A stretch of 64,000 nucleotides of DNA, taken from contig OY759724.1 of the NCBI GenBank assembly GCA_963662715.1, forward strand, positions 3,044,982-3,108,981, given 5' to 3'. Each line of letters opens with the position of its first letter. Within the stretch, counting starts at the first letter, position 1. Origin of the DNA: Candidatus Omnitrophota bacterium. GTDB taxonomy: Bacteria > Omnitrophota > Gorgyraeia > Zapsychrales > JANLHA01. The notes under the pieces were generated by a model. The model did no database searches, was not told where the DNA came from, and saw only the letters and a program-made list of their open reading frames with translations. The position numbers and the translations under genes are program-made. Positions 37,729 through 47,909 of this stretch are shown here, in pieces.

Positions 37729-38118
37729 ATGTCCATGAACGTGGCCATAATCGGGGTCGGATCAAACATCCAGCCGGAAAAGAATATTGCCCAAGCCATC
37801 AACTTATTAGAGGAACGGGTTCATATATTAAAAAAAAGCCGTTTCGTGCAAACCCAGCCTATCGGCTGCAGGCAGCAGGACGATTTCATGAATGGATGCC
37901 TTCTTGTTGAAACGGACAAAGAAAGAGAGCTTTTCACGGCTGAGTTGAAACTTATCGAAAAGACGCTCGGACGGGTTAAACAGACGGACAGATACGGCCC
38001 CCGGACCATTGATTTGGACCTGCTTACCTGGAACGGGCAAATAAAAGACACGGATGTCTATCATAGAGACTTTATTCAAAAAGGGATTTTAGAACTTGTT
38101 CCCGACTTCCGTTTTTAA
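37729..38118 (+). CDS. HPPK-like pterin pyrophosphokinase (divergent folK paralog)
   Basis: 129 aa; IGVGSNI and GPRTIDLDLL blocks of HPPK, but lacks the PHPR block present in the second copy at 58741. Confidence 0.7.
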   Translation: MSMNVAIIGVGSNIQPEKNIAQAINLLEERVHILKKSRFVQTQPIGCRQQDDFMNGCLLVETDKERELFTAELKLIEKTLGRVKQTDRYGPRTIDLDLLTWNGQIKDTDVYHRDFIQKGILELVPDFRF

Positions 38119-38130
38119 CCTGGAGAAATT

Positions 38131-38571
38131 ATGTTTTTTTACCTTATATTATTGTTTACCATCGTCCCGGCCCTTGAACTTATGGTTTTAATTGAAGTCG
38201 GCAGTGTGATCGGGTCATTTAACACGATCTTGATCATCATTCTGACCGGGGGCCTGGGGGCGGCTTTAGCGCGCCTGCAAGGTTTTGCGGTTTTACGCAA
38301 CATCCAAAAAAACCTCAACGAAGGACGTATGCCCACAGACGATATGGTTAACGGGGTCATGATCTTTGCCGGGGGGCTTCTGCTGCTGACTCCGGGTTTT
38401 TTAACGGACACCTTAGGCTTTCTGTTGTTGATTCCCTGGACGCGAGAGATTATTAAAATTATCGTCAAACAAAACATGGGGAAGATAATCGTCCAGCACA
38501 ATTATCCGGAGGAGACCCCTCGCACCGGCCGTCCCCGGACGGATTTTGAAGACGCGGAGTTCCATGATTAA
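38131..38571 (+). CDS. fxsA: FxsA-family inner-membrane protein
   Basis: 146 aa; ..PALELMVLIEVGSVIG.. and GFLTDTLGFLLLIP motifs of FxsA. Confidence 0.8.
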   Translation: MFFYLILLFTIVPALELMVLIEVGSVIGSFNTILIIILTGGLGAALARLQGFAVLRNIQKNLNEGRMPTDDMVNGVMIFAGGLLLLTPGFLTDTLGFLLLIPWTREIIKIIVKQNMGKIIVQHNYPEETPRTGRPRTDFEDAEFHD

Positions 38572-38752
38572 CCGCCCCTGTCAAGGCTCCATCCTGTATT
38601 TTCCTGCTGTATTTTTCTAAAAAAAGCAAATATTTTTTTACCCATTTTATAAACACATTATTTTCAACCTATTAGATTTTTCCCTGTCATAGGTTGTCCT
38701 ATTGCCATTTTCCTGATGCATGTGTTATCTTTATTGGAATTTGGTGATTCCC

Positions 38753-39163
38753 ATGAAACAAATCATTCGAACAATATCTATCATTTTCATGATGGTCATG
38801 ACTGTCACGTTGGCTGATGCGAAGGTTGACGAGGCTTTTCATACGCCGCCGAAAAGAAAATATGTGATTGGTCAGGCATCCTGGTATTCCAAAAAATCTC
38901 CCGGGATAAACAAGCACACGGCCAATAACGAAATTTTTGATGACCGACAATATACCTGCGCAATATGGGGTGTCCCTTTCAATCAGAGAATTAAGGTGAC
39001 CAATTTGGCTAACGGGAAATCCATTATTGTACGCGTTAATGACCGCGGGCCGCACAAACGATTTGTCCGCAACGGCCGGGTCATAGATCTCACTCAAGCC
39101 GCCTTTGCTCAACTAGACGACCTGAAGCTTGGGTTGATCGAAGTGGCTTTAGAATTCATTTAA
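38753..39163 (+). CDS. rlpA: RlpA-like septal ring lytic transglycosylase (double-psi beta-barrel)
   Basis: Signal peptide, then GQASWYS ... VRVNDRGP DPBB signature. Confidence 0.8.
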   Translation: MKQIIRTISIIFMMVMTVTLADAKVDEAFHTPPKRKYVIGQASWYSKKSPGINKHTANNEIFDDRQYTCAIWGVPFNQRIKVTNLANGKSIIVRVNDRGPHKRFVRNGRVIDLTQAAFAQLDDLKLGLIEVALEFI

Positions 39164-39230
39164 ATCTCCTTCCCTTAACCTTTATTCCTCAATCTACGAG
39201 CACAAAACAGAAATATTTTTATTTTTTTAC

Positions 39231-39258
39231 TTGCATTCATGATGAATATTGATATGAT
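39231..39258 (+). promoter_or_regulatory. Sigma70-like promoter upstream of fabG-acpP-fabF (TTGCAT-16-TATGAT)
   Basis: TTGCAT 39231-39236, 16-nt spacer, TATGAT 39253-39258. Confidence 0.4.
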
Positions 39259-39300
39259 GAAGTCGATTATTTCAAATTCATACGTGAGATATTTTTTATT

Positions 39301-40041
39301 ATGAAATTAAAAGATCAAGTAGCCTTAATTACAGGGTCGGCCCGGGGCATCGGGAAAGAGATCGCCAAGTCCTTTGCCCAGGAAGGGGCCCGGGTCATCA
39401 TCTCCGATATCAATAAAGCCGCCGCCGATGAAACCGCATCGGAATTCCGTTCTTCAGGGTTTGAGTCTCTGAGTGTGGCCTGTGACGTCACAAATTCCCA
39501 AAATGTTGAAGAGATGGTCAACAAAATTCTTGACAAATATAGTCGCATTGATATATTAATTAACAATGCCGGCATCACAAAAGATAATCTGCTTCTTCGT
39601 ATGAGCGACGCAGACTGGGATGCCGTGATCAACACCAACCTTAAAGGGGCTTTCATCTGCACAAAGGTTGTCAGCAAGTTTATGCTGAAAGCCAAAAAAG
39701 GGAAAATCATCAGTATATCTTCGATCATTGGCATTATGGGAAATGCTGGTCAAGCCAATTATGCCGCGAGCAAAGCCGGCGTGATCGGCCTTACCAAATC
39801 TGTTGCAAGGGAACTGGCGTCCCGTGGCATAACAGCCAATGCTGTCGCTCCCGGGTATATTCAGACTGAAATGACCGAAAAGTTAAACGAAAAAGCCCGC
39901 GAAGCTATCTACAAACAAATTCCCGTAGGAAAATTAGGAACACCTAAAGATGTAGCAAATGTCTGTTTATTTTTGGCATCCAGTGATGCAGACTACATTA
40001 CTGGACAAACCATCGTGGTCGATGGGGGGATGGCCATATAG
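39301..40041 (+). CDS. fabG: 3-oxoacyl-ACP reductase FabG
   Basis: 246 aa; TGSARGIG, NNAG, YxxxK; upstream of acpP and fabF. Confidence 0.9.
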   Translation: MKLKDQVALITGSARGIGKEIAKSFAQEGARVIISDINKAAADETASEFRSSGFESLSVACDVTNSQNVEEMVNKILDKYSRIDILINNAGITKDNLLLRMSDADWDAVINTNLKGAFICTKVVSKFMLKAKKGKIISISSIIGIMGNAGQANYAASKAGVIGLTKSVARELASRGITANAVAPGYIQTEMTEKLNEKAREAIYKQIPVGKLGTPKDVANVCLFLASSDADYITGQTIVVDGGMAI

Positions 40042-40071
40042 CTTTAAGTCAGGATAAAAAGGAGGTTATAC

Positions 40072-40311
40072 ATGGCTGTTGAAGAGAAAATAAAGTCGAT
40101 TATTGCGGAACAGTTAGGCGTTAAGGTTGACGAAGTCACTCCACAAGCTTCATTTATTGACGATTTAGGGGCTGATTCTCTAGACACGGTTGAATTGATT
40201 ATGGCGCTGGAAGAAGAGTTTAGCGTCGAAATCCCGGATGAAGACGCAGAAAAGATGACAACTGTGGGAGATGCTGTTAAATATATAGAGGAAAAAGCCG
40301 CCAAGAAGTAG
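40072..40311 (+). CDS. acpP: Acyl carrier protein
   Basis: 79 aa; [28 protein letters not shown]; fab operon context. Confidence 0.95.
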   Translation: MAVEEKIKSIIAEQLGVKVDEVTPQASFIDDLGADSLDTVELIMALEEEFSVEIPDEDAEKMTTVGDAVKYIEEKAAKK

Positions 40312-40342
40312 CTTCTTTCATTTCAAGAATTCCATATTGAAC

Positions 40343-40364
40343 TGCCCCGGTGCCTATCGGGGCA
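40343..40364 (+). terminator. GC-rich hairpin between acpP and fabF (partial terminator/attenuator)
   Basis: TGCCCCG(40343-49)-GTGCCTAT-CGGGGCA(40358-64), followed by a U-rich stretch. Confidence 0.35.
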
Positions 40365-40412
40365 ATTCAGTATATTGTCTATTTTAATCCATTTAATATC
40401 TCGGGTAATGCT

Positions 40413-41657
40413 ATGAACAAACATAGAGTCGTCATAACAGGGTTAGGTGTTGTTTCTCCTGTCGGCACAGGGGTTGAAAAATTCTGGAAAGCGCTTCTCG
40501 CGGGGCAAAGCGGGATATCCCCCATAACACAATTTGATGCCAGTGAATTTGACTGCAAAATATCCGGCAATGTCACAGACTATGATCCGCTGGATTATTT
40601 TTCTTCAAAACAGTCCCGTCATTTAGCCAGTTTTACGCAATACGCTGTTGTGAGTTCCCGCGAGGCCGTAAAAAATGCCCAACTGGATCTAAGCAAAGTG
40701 GATCTGGAGCGCATGGGCATCCTCATCGGATCGGGTATCGGAAGCATGCGGACCATGGAAGTCGAATACCAGAAACTTATCGACCGGGGACCGGGGAAAA
40801 TATCTCCTTTTTTCATTCCGCGCATCATCATTAATGAAGCTGCCGGGCAGGTTGCGATCGACACCGGGGCCAAAGGCCTGGCGACATGCGTGGTCACGGC
40901 ATGCGCCACGGGCACCAATGCCATCGGAGACGCTTTTCGCATGATGCAGTACGGAGAGGCCGATCTGGTCATTGCCGGGGGGACGGAAAGCGCTACAACC
41001 CTCTTGGGGGTGGGAGGCTTCTGCGCCCTGAAAGCCCTGTCGAAAAACAACGAAAACCCGGCGGAAGCCAGCCGTCCGTTTGATCTGAACCGGGACGGGT
41101 TCATTATGGCCGAGGGGGCCGGGGTTGCCGTTCTGGAAACATTAGAGCACGCCAAGGCCAGAGGCGCCCGGATTCTGGCCGAACTCGTGGGTTACGGACG
41201 CACCTCTGATGCTTATCACGTTACAGCGCCTGAGCCGACAGGACACGGAGCCGCCAAGGCCATGTCCCTGGCCATGCAAGACGGAGGACTAAAACCTCGG
41301 GATATTTCTTATATCAACGCTCACGGCACGTCGACAAAGTTAAATGACAAAGTGGAAACACTAGCGATTAAGACAGCGATGGGTGAAACGGCATACAAAA
41401 TTCCGGTTTCTTCAACAAAATCCATGACCGGACATTTACTGGGCGCGGCCGGTGGCATAGAATTCGCCGCCTCGGTCCTGGCCATACGAGACAATATGAT
41501 CCCGCCAACGATCAACTATAAAACTCCGGATCCTGATTGCGACCTTGATTATGTTCCTAATGAAGCCCGCAGCATCCCGGTCGACGTGGTGATGTCAAAC
41601 TCTTTGGGGTTCGGGGGGCATAATGCTTCGCTGATCATCAGAAGATATCAGGAATAA
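40413..41657 (+). CDS. fabF: 3-oxoacyl-ACP synthase II FabF
   Basis: ATG 40413 (MNKHRVVITGLG); the active-site Cys region and His-His pair of KAS II are conserved; 414 aa. Confidence 0.95.
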   Translation: MNKHRVVITGLGVVSPVGTGVEKFWKALLAGQSGISPITQFDASEFDCKISGNVTDYDPLDYFSSKQSRHLASFTQYAVVSSREAVKNAQLDLSKVDLERMGILIGSGIGSMRTMEVEYQKLIDRGPGKISPFFIPRIIINEAAGQVAIDTGAKGLATCVVTACATGTNAIGDAFRMMQYGEADLVIAGGTESATTLLGVGGFCALKALSKNNENPAEASRPFDLNRDGFIMAEGAGVAVLETLEHAKARGARILAELVGYGRTSDAYHVTAPEPTGHGAAKAMSLAMQDGGLKPRDISYINAHGTSTKLNDKVETLAIKTAMGETAYKIPVSSTKSMTGHLLGAAGGIEFAASVLAIRDNMIPPTINYKTPDPDCDLDYVPNEARSIPVDVVMSNSLGFGGHNASLIIRRYQE

Positions 41658-41747
41658 TCCACACAAGATTTCTATAGTAGAATACGGAATATATGATATA
41701 ATGTCACTTCGTTTAATTTCGATATCGATAAAAGGAAGGATGAGGAG

Positions 41748-42803
41748 ATGAAGAGTTATAAGATTGCTGTGATACCGGGAGACGGAACAGGACCGGAAGT
41801 GGTCAATGAAGGATTAAAAGTCCTGGAAGCGGTTTCTCAAACATGCCAATTCAAATACGAAACGACCCATTATGATTTTGGAGGGGAAAGATATCTGCGG
41901 ACGAATGAAGTGCTCCCTGATTCCGCGGTTGACGAGCTGCAATCATTCGACGCCATTTATCTCGGGGCCATAGGACATCCTGACGTCAAACCGGGGATAC
42001 TGGAAAAAGGGATATTATTGCGCTTGCGCTTTGATTTGGACCAGTACATCAATCTTCGTCCTGTGCAGCTGTACGATGAACGTTTCTGCCCGGTGAAGGA
42101 CAAAAAACCGGAAGATGTGGATTTCGTTGTTGTTCGGGAGAATTCCGAAGGCCTCTATAAAGGTCTGGGATCCTTCGAGAACAAAAACACCCCGGAAGAA
42201 GTCGCCATTCAAACATCATATAACACCCGCAAAGGGGTGGAACGGTGCATCCGTTATGCTTTTGAATATGCCCGTCAATACGGGAAGAAGAAACAGCTGA
42301 CTCTCTGCGGGAAGACCAATGTTTTAACCTATGCCTTTGATCTCTGGGAAAGAACGTTTAACGAAGTCGCGAAAGAATACCCGGACATTAAAACAGATTA
42401 TGCCCATGTGGATGCTACGACCATGTGGTTTGTTAAAAATCCCGAATGGTTCGATGTTATTGTCACAGACAACATGTTCGGGGACATCATTACAGACCTG
42501 GGGGCCATGATTCAGGGAGGTATGGGCATCGCTGCCGGCGGGAACATCAATCCGGAAGGCGTTTCCATGTTTGAACCGATCGGGGGTTCCGCCCCCAAAT
42601 ATACCGGTAAAAATGTTATCAATCCTCTGGCGGCGATCTGCGCTCTGTCCATGCTGTTGCGGCAGATCAAAGAAGAAGAAGCCGCAAAAATGATTGAAAC
42701 ATCGGTGATTACAGTCGTAAAAACGAAATTGAAAGATTTAGCTGCGGGAAAAATGGGGTATTCGACATCAGAAGTCGGGGACCTTGTCGTTAAGCATCTT
42801 TAA
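41748..42803 (+). CDS. leuB: 3-isopropylmalate dehydrogenase family (LeuB / tartrate DH-like)
   Basis: 351 aa; [14 protein letters not shown]-terminus, [13 protein letters not shown] and GGSAP blocks; followed by asd as in leuB-asd arrangements. Confidence 0.7.
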   Translation: MKSYKIAVIPGDGTGPEVVNEGLKVLEAVSQTCQFKYETTHYDFGGERYLRTNEVLPDSAVDELQSFDAIYLGAIGHPDVKPGILEKGILLRLRFDLDQYINLRPVQLYDERFCPVKDKKPEDVDFVVVRENSEGLYKGLGSFENKNTPEEVAIQTSYNTRKGVERCIRYAFEYARQYGKKKQLTLCGKTNVLTYAFDLWERTFNEVAKEYPDIKTDYAHVDATTMWFVKNPEWFDVIVTDNMFGDIITDLGAMIQGGMGIAAGGNINPEGVSMFEPIGGSAPKYTGKNVINPLAAICALSMLLRQIKEEEAAKMIETSVITVVKTKLKDLAAGKMGYSTSEVGDLVVKHL

Positions 42804-42829
42804 TAAGGTATGATTAAAGAGGATTTGAG

Positions 42830-43822
42830 ATGAGAAAATATCGTGTGGCCATCGTGGGAATAAGGGGAGCTGTCGGGCAGGAAATGCTGAAAATTCTGGA
42901 AGAACGCCGGTTTCCGGCTGAGGAGTTGCGTGTCATGTCATTCCACCCGGAAGACTGCCCGGTCTACCGTTTTCACGACCGGGACATTCGAGCAACGAAA
43001 TTGACGCACGATGCTTTTAAAGGGATTGAAATCGGGCTGTTTTCCCCCGGGGCGGCTGTCAGCAAGGAATATGCGCCTTCTGCCGTTAAAGCCGGCGCCG
43101 TCGTTATCGACAATACGAGTCAATTCCGCATGGATCCTGAGGTTCCCCTGGTCGTTCCGGAAGTGAACCCGCAGGATATTTTCCGCCACAAAGGTATTAT
43201 CGCCAACCCGAATTGTTCGACGATTCAGATGGTCGTGGCCTTGAAACCGCTGCATGATTATGCCCGCATTAAACGGATCGTTGTTTCAACTTATCAATCG
43301 GTTTCCGGAGCGGGATCAGAAGCCATCTCAGAACTGGCAAAACAGGAGGACGGGGACCTGTCTGTGAAAAAATTCCCTTACCAGATTTTTCATAACCTTA
43401 TTCCGCATATTGATATCCCTCAGCCGGATCTCTATACCAAGGAAGAAGTCAAGATGCTCAATGAAACCCAAAAAATTATGGGGGATGATACGATAAAGGT
43501 CACCGCAACCTGCGTGCGGGTTCCCGTGGTCCGGGCTCATTCGGAGGCTGTGAATATCGAGACAGAGAAGAAAATCACCCGGGAGAAGGCCATAGAACTT
43601 CTGAGCAAGGCCCCCGGCGTATGCGTTTTAGATGATATTGAAAATAATGTTTATCCCGTACCTTTGGAGGCGGAAGGAAAAGACGAGACATTTGTCGGAC
43701 GGATCAGGGAAGATGACACAGTTGATTTTGGCCTGAATATGTGGATTGTTTCCGACAATTTAAGAAAAGGTGCGGCTCTCAACGCCATTCAAATTGCCGA
43801 AGAATTGATCAAAGCCCAGTAA
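42830..43822 (+). CDS. asd: Aspartate-semialdehyde dehydrogenase
   Basis: 330 aa; VAIVGIRGAVGQE NAD motif, NPNCSTIQ active-site Cys. Confidence 0.9.
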   Translation: MRKYRVAIVGIRGAVGQEMLKILEERRFPAEELRVMSFHPEDCPVYRFHDRDIRATKLTHDAFKGIEIGLFSPGAAVSKEYAPSAVKAGAVVIDNTSQFRMDPEVPLVVPEVNPQDIFRHKGIIANPNCSTIQMVVALKPLHDYARIKRIVVSTYQSVSGAGSEAISELAKQEDGDLSVKKFPYQIFHNLIPHIDIPQPDLYTKEEVKMLNETQKIMGDDTIKVTATCVRVPVVRAHSEAVNIETEKKITREKAIELLSKAPGVCVLDDIENNVYPVPLEAEGKDETFVGRIREDDTVDFGLNMWIVSDNLRKGAALNAIQIAEELIKAQ

Positions 43823-43887
43823 GTTTCATCAATAACCTCACGTCAAAAAACGGGCGTCATATTTCTCCTTCTTAAAATCATAAAATT

Positions 43888-44646
43888 ATGCGGACGGTTA
43901 AACTGACTATTGAATATGACGGGACAGATTTTAACGGCTGGCAGATCCAGAAAGGGAAAAACTGCCGGACCGTACAGGGAGAGATAGAGGCAGCTTTAAA
44001 AACAATATTCAAAAAGCCAACACCTATCCGGGGCTCCGGCCGCACGGATGCCGGCGTTCATGCCCTGGGACAGGTGGCCCATTTTAAAACAACACGGTCC
44101 ATGGACTGTGAAGAAATCGTAAGGGCCCTGAACGGCAATCTCCCCAAAGATATCGCGGTCTTAACGGCCGCAGAGGCGCCGGCCGATTTTCATGCTCAAT
44201 ACAGCGCCAAAAGCAAAACTTACCGTTACAGCATCTATAACAGCCCGGTCCGCAGCGCTGTGTGCCGGAGAGATGTCTGGCATTATCCTCATAAATTGAA
44301 TTTGAGCGCCATGAAAAGGGAGGCCAAGGCTTTCATCGGTACGCATGATTTCAGATCTTTCATGGCGGCAGACAGTTCGGGAACAAGCCAAAAGGGCGGC
44401 AAAAACACAAAAAGAAAAATTTTTCACTTACATATTAAAAAATACGGGAAAATCATCACGTTTGAGATTACCGCCAACGGCTTTTTATATAAAATGGTGC
44501 GGAATATTGTCGGTACGCTGGTGGCGGTCGGGACAGGCCAGTTCCCTCCAGGAAGCGTCGGGCCCATTCTTAAAGAAAAAAACCGGGATTGTGCCGGGCA
44601 GACAGCGCCCCCCCAGGGATTGTGCCTTGTTGAAGTAAAATATTAA
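43888..44646 (+). CDS. truA: tRNA pseudouridine38-40 synthase TruA
   Basis: 252 aa; ..IEYDGTDFNGWQ.. and catalytic RTDAGVHA. Confidence 0.9.
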   Translation: MRTVKLTIEYDGTDFNGWQIQKGKNCRTVQGEIEAALKTIFKKPTPIRGSGRTDAGVHALGQVAHFKTTRSMDCEEIVRALNGNLPKDIAVLTAAEAPADFHAQYSAKSKTYRYSIYNSPVRSAVCRRDVWHYPHKLNLSAMKREAKAFIGTHDFRSFMAADSSGTSQKGGKNTKRKIFHLHIKKYGKIITFEITANGFLYKMVRNIVGTLVAVGTGQFPPGSVGPILKEKNRDCAGQTAPPQGLCLVEVKY

Positions 44647-44660
44647 TTATTAACAAATTG

Positions 44661-44688
44661 TTGACAATATAATAGAAAGTGATATACT
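44661..44688 (+). promoter_or_regulatory. Sigma70-like promoter of rplM-rpsI (TTGACA-16-TATACT)
   Basis: TTGACA 44661-44666, 16-nt spacer, TATACT 44683-44688; rplM ATG at 44728. Confidence 0.5.
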
Positions 44689-44727
44689 TAAGTTTCTAAA
44701 ATATCAATTGCATTAAAGGACAGGATT

Positions 44728-45159
44728 ATGAGTAAGACGTTTATTCCGAAAAAAGAGCAGATAGAAAAGAAATGTTATCTTATTGATGCCAAGGATAAGG
44801 TTTTAGGGCGGGTCGCGACCAAAGCCGCTGTCCTGCTTAGGGGCAAGCACAAGCCGATATTTACCCCGCATCTCGATACGGGAGACACTGTCGTCATTAT
44901 TAATGCAGACAAGATCAAGGTAACAGGCAAGAAACTGACTCAAAAAGAATATCAGCGGTACTCAGGCTACCCTTCGGGCCAAAAATCGGTTTCCCTGGAA
45001 GACATGCTCAAGAAGAAACCGACTCAGGTCCTAAGGCTGGCTATCAACCGGATGATTCCTTCCGGGAAGTTAGGCAATAAAGTCCGCACACATTTGCGCA
45101 TTTATGCTGGAGATAAACATAATCATCAGGCACAAAAACCGATTCCAATTGAGATATAA
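44728..45159 (+). CDS. rplM: 50S ribosomal protein L13
   Basis: 143 aa; ..KCYLIDAKDKVLGRVATK.. uL13 N-terminus. Confidence 0.95.
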   Translation: MSKTFIPKKEQIEKKCYLIDAKDKVLGRVATKAAVLLRGKHKPIFTPHLDTGDTVVIINADKIKVTGKKLTQKEYQRYSGYPSGQKSVSLEDMLKKKPTQVLRLAINRMIPSGKLGNKVRTHLRIYAGDKHNHQAQKPIPIEI

Positions 45160-45177
45160 TAAGCGGAGGTAATTTCG

Positions 45178-45573
45178 ATGGTCGAACTAGTGAAATACGG
45201 AGCAACCGGCAGACGAAAAAGTTCTGTTGCCCGTGTTGAACTTATTCCCGGACAAGGGAAAATTCAGGTTAATAAAAAGGATTTTGTTGAATATTTTCAA
45301 CGGGAAACAGACCGTTTGACAATTATCGAACCCCTGAAACTTACGAATACCTTGAAAAAATTCGACGTATTGGCAAAGATTGTCGGTGGGGGGACAACAG
45401 GACAGGCTGGAGCCTTCCGTTTAGGGCTGTCCCGGGCCTTGGTGAAATTTGATCAGGAAAATAAAGGTGTATTAAAAAAAGCGGACTGCTTGAGACGCGA
45501 CCCCAGGATGAAAGAAAGGAAGAAACCCGGACAAAAGGGAGCGAGGAAAAAATTCCAATGGGTTAAGCGTTAA
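45178..45573 (+). CDS. rpsI: 30S ribosomal protein S9
   Basis: 131 aa; C-terminal ..PRMKERKKPGQKGARKKFQWVKR uS9 signature. Confidence 0.95.
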   Translation: MVELVKYGATGRRKSSVARVELIPGQGKIQVNKKDFVEYFQRETDRLTIIEPLKLTNTLKKFDVLAKIVGGGTTGQAGAFRLGLSRALVKFDQENKGVLKKADCLRRDPRMKERKKPGQKGARKKFQWVKR

Positions 45574-45595
45574 TATTTTAAAGAATTTGTTAATA

Positions 45596-45646
45596 AAAAA
45601 CCTATCTCCCTCGAGAAAAGAGTTGACGAGATAGGTTTTTTATTTT
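45596..45646 (+). terminator. Rho-independent terminator after rpsI
   Basis: AAAAACCTATCTC ... GAGATAGGTTTTTT; 8-bp core stem CCTATCTC (45601-45608) / GAGATAGG (45628-45635) followed by TTTTTTATTTT. Confidence 0.7.
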
Positions 45647-45699
45647 AATATAAACCATTATTCTTCAACAAATTAACATTTTTTTGGAGGTCTCGAACC

Positions 45700-46731
45700 G
45701 TGGAACCTCATATTATACGGGTCGGAATTATCGGTGTCAGCGGGTACTCCGGCGGAACGGTTTTAGAATATTTACTTCATCATCCTTATGTCCGCGTCAC
45801 ATATGTTTCTGCCAATAACACGGAAGGGCGCATCACGGATATATGGCCCAGGCTGCAGGGACAGACAAAACTTGTCTGCCGCCCATATTGTTATGAAGAA
45901 GCTGTCGAAAAATGCGACGTGGTTTTTCTCGCGGTTCCGCACACCGTTGCCTTTACCGTTGCCCCCCCATTACTCAGAGCCGGCATTAAAGTCATTGATT
46001 TGAGCGGTGATTACCGGCTGAATTCTCCGCTAACTTATAAAAAATGGTACGGGAAAGCCCATAAAGATAAAAATAACCTTAAAAAAGCGATTTACGGATT
46101 GCCGGAACTATTCCGGGTCGCCATCCGGGATGCGGATCTGATTTCTAACCCGGGGTGTTATCCCACAGCCGCTCTGCTCGCCTTAGCTCCTATGGCTGCC
46201 ATCTATTCTGACAATATTGCCGGCATCATTATTGATGCGAAATCAGGAGTCAGCGGAGCCGGGAAAAAAGTGCATTCCGCTTTCATGTTCGGTCATGTTC
46301 ATGAAAACTTTAAAGCTTATAAAGTATTGAATCATCAGCATGCTCCGGAAATAGAACAATTTTTGAACAGGATCGCGCGCCATACGCTCCCCATGACCTT
46401 TGTCCCGCATCTCTTGCCTGTTTTTCGCGGTATTTTAGAGACGATTTATATTCAACTGGACGGCACAATATCCCTATCCGATATTTACACACTATATAGC
46501 CGCTTCTATAAAACAGAATCTTTTGTCCGGGTTCTCCCTTTAGGCTCACAGGTGGAAACACGGCATGTCTGGGGAACCAATTATTGCGATCTGAGTCTGG
46601 CCCTGAATGAATCAAAAGATATGCTTGTTATCACGAGTGTCATTGATAACCTTGTGAAAGGGGCTGCCGGACAGGCGATTCAGAATATGAACATTATGTG
46701 TAACTTTGCTGAAGAAACATCTTTATTGTAG
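45700..46731 (+). CDS. argC: N-acetyl-gamma-glutamyl-phosphate reductase ArgC
   Basis: 343 aa; GVSGYSGG NAD motif and active-site NPGCYPTA. Confidence 0.9.
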   Translation: MEPHIIRVGIIGVSGYSGGTVLEYLLHHPYVRVTYVSANNTEGRITDIWPRLQGQTKLVCRPYCYEEAVEKCDVVFLAVPHTVAFTVAPPLLRAGIKVIDLSGDYRLNSPLTYKKWYGKAHKDKNNLKKAIYGLPELFRVAIRDADLISNPGCYPTAALLALAPMAAIYSDNIAGIIIDAKSGVSGAGKKVHSAFMFGHVHENFKAYKVLNHQHAPEIEQFLNRIARHTLPMTFVPHLLPVFRGILETIYIQLDGTISLSDIYTLYSRFYKTESFVRVLPLGSQVETRHVWGTNYCDLSLALNESKDMLVITSVIDNLVKGAAGQAIQNMNIMCNFAEETSLL

Positions 46732-46748
46732 ATGCATGGTGTAATGTT

Positions 46749-47891
46749 ATGAAAAAAATTTCCAAAGGTGGAGTGACATCAGCCCGGGGCTTCAAGGCCA
46801 ACGGCTTAAACTGCGGTATCAAGCGTTCGGGCAAACCGGACCTGGCCCTGATCGCGAGCGAAGTCCCCTGCAGCGCTGCCGGGATATACACAAAGAATTC
46901 CATTATCGCAGCGCCATTGCTTGTGACGAAAAAACATCTGAAAAATTCCAAAGCGCAGGCCATTATCATAAACAGCGGAAATGCGAATTGTTTTACCGGC
47001 CACTTCGGACATGTTTATGCCCAAAAGATGGCGGAGCACACGGCCAAAGGTCTGGATATTCCGACATCCGATGTCCTTGTGGCTTCAACCGGCATTATCG
47101 GCAAACCTTTACCGGTCAAAAAAATAACAACGGCTGTCCCCCAATTGATTAAGGGATTAAGCCGCCGCAAAGCCACTTTAGCGGCCAGGGGGATACTGAC
47201 AACAGATACCTTTGTCAAGGAGATCGCCGTCACAGTTCCGATTGCCGGGAAACCGGTGACTTTAGGCGCCTGCGCCAAAGGTTCCGGGATGATCGAGCCA
47301 CATATGGCGACGATGCTCGCCTTCATTACCTCTGACATCGCAATTCAGCCTTCCTGTCTGAGACACGCATTAAAGGAAGCAGCTCATTCGACTTTTAACA
47401 GCATTACGGTCGACGGCTGTATGAGCACAAATGATATGGTCGTGATCATGGCCAATGGATTGGCCGGGAACCGGCCTTTGACACGCGGCAGCAGGGACTT
47501 TAAGATATTTTTCAATGCCCTGCGGCATGTCTGCCTTGGACTTGCCAAAATGATCGTCCGGGACGGGGAAGGGGCGACAAAATTCATCGAAGTCACTGTT
47601 AACGGGGGCAAGGATGAACGCACGGCTAAAATCATAGCGAAGAAAATCGCGAATTCAAACCTGGTTAAAACAGCGGCTTTCGGCAGTAATCCGAACTGGG
47701 GGCGGGTAGCGGCGGCGGTGGGATCTTTGAGTCTCCCTGTCCGGGAACAGGATTTGAAAATCAAATTCAGCTCATTTAAAAAGAAAGATATCCGAATAAC
47801 CGTTGACTGCCATTTGGGACAGGCGGCCGCAACTGTTTACACATCGGATTTATCTTATGAATATGTCCGCATAAACGGAGAATACAATTAA
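46749..47891 (+). CDS. argJ: Bifunctional ornithine acetyltransferase / N-acetylglutamate synthase ArgJ
   Basis: 380 aa; autoprocessing site region ..EPHMATMLAFITSD.. (ATML). Confidence 0.9.
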   Translation: MKKISKGGVTSARGFKANGLNCGIKRSGKPDLALIASEVPCSAAGIYTKNSIIAAPLLVTKKHLKNSKAQAIIINSGNANCFTGHFGHVYAQKMAEHTAKGLDIPTSDVLVASTGIIGKPLPVKKITTAVPQLIKGLSRRKATLAARGILTTDTFVKEIAVTVPIAGKPVTLGACAKGSGMIEPHMATMLAFITSDIAIQPSCLRHALKEAAHSTFNSITVDGCMSTNDMVVIMANGLAGNRPLTRGSRDFKIFFNALRHVCLGLAKMIVRDGEGATKFIEVTVNGGKDERTAKIIAKKIANSNLVKTAAFGSNPNWGRVAAAVGSLSLPVREQDLKIKFSSFKKKDIRITVDCHLGQAAATVYTSDLSYEYVRINGEYN

Positions 47892-47909
47892 ATTCATTGG
47901 AACTTAAAT

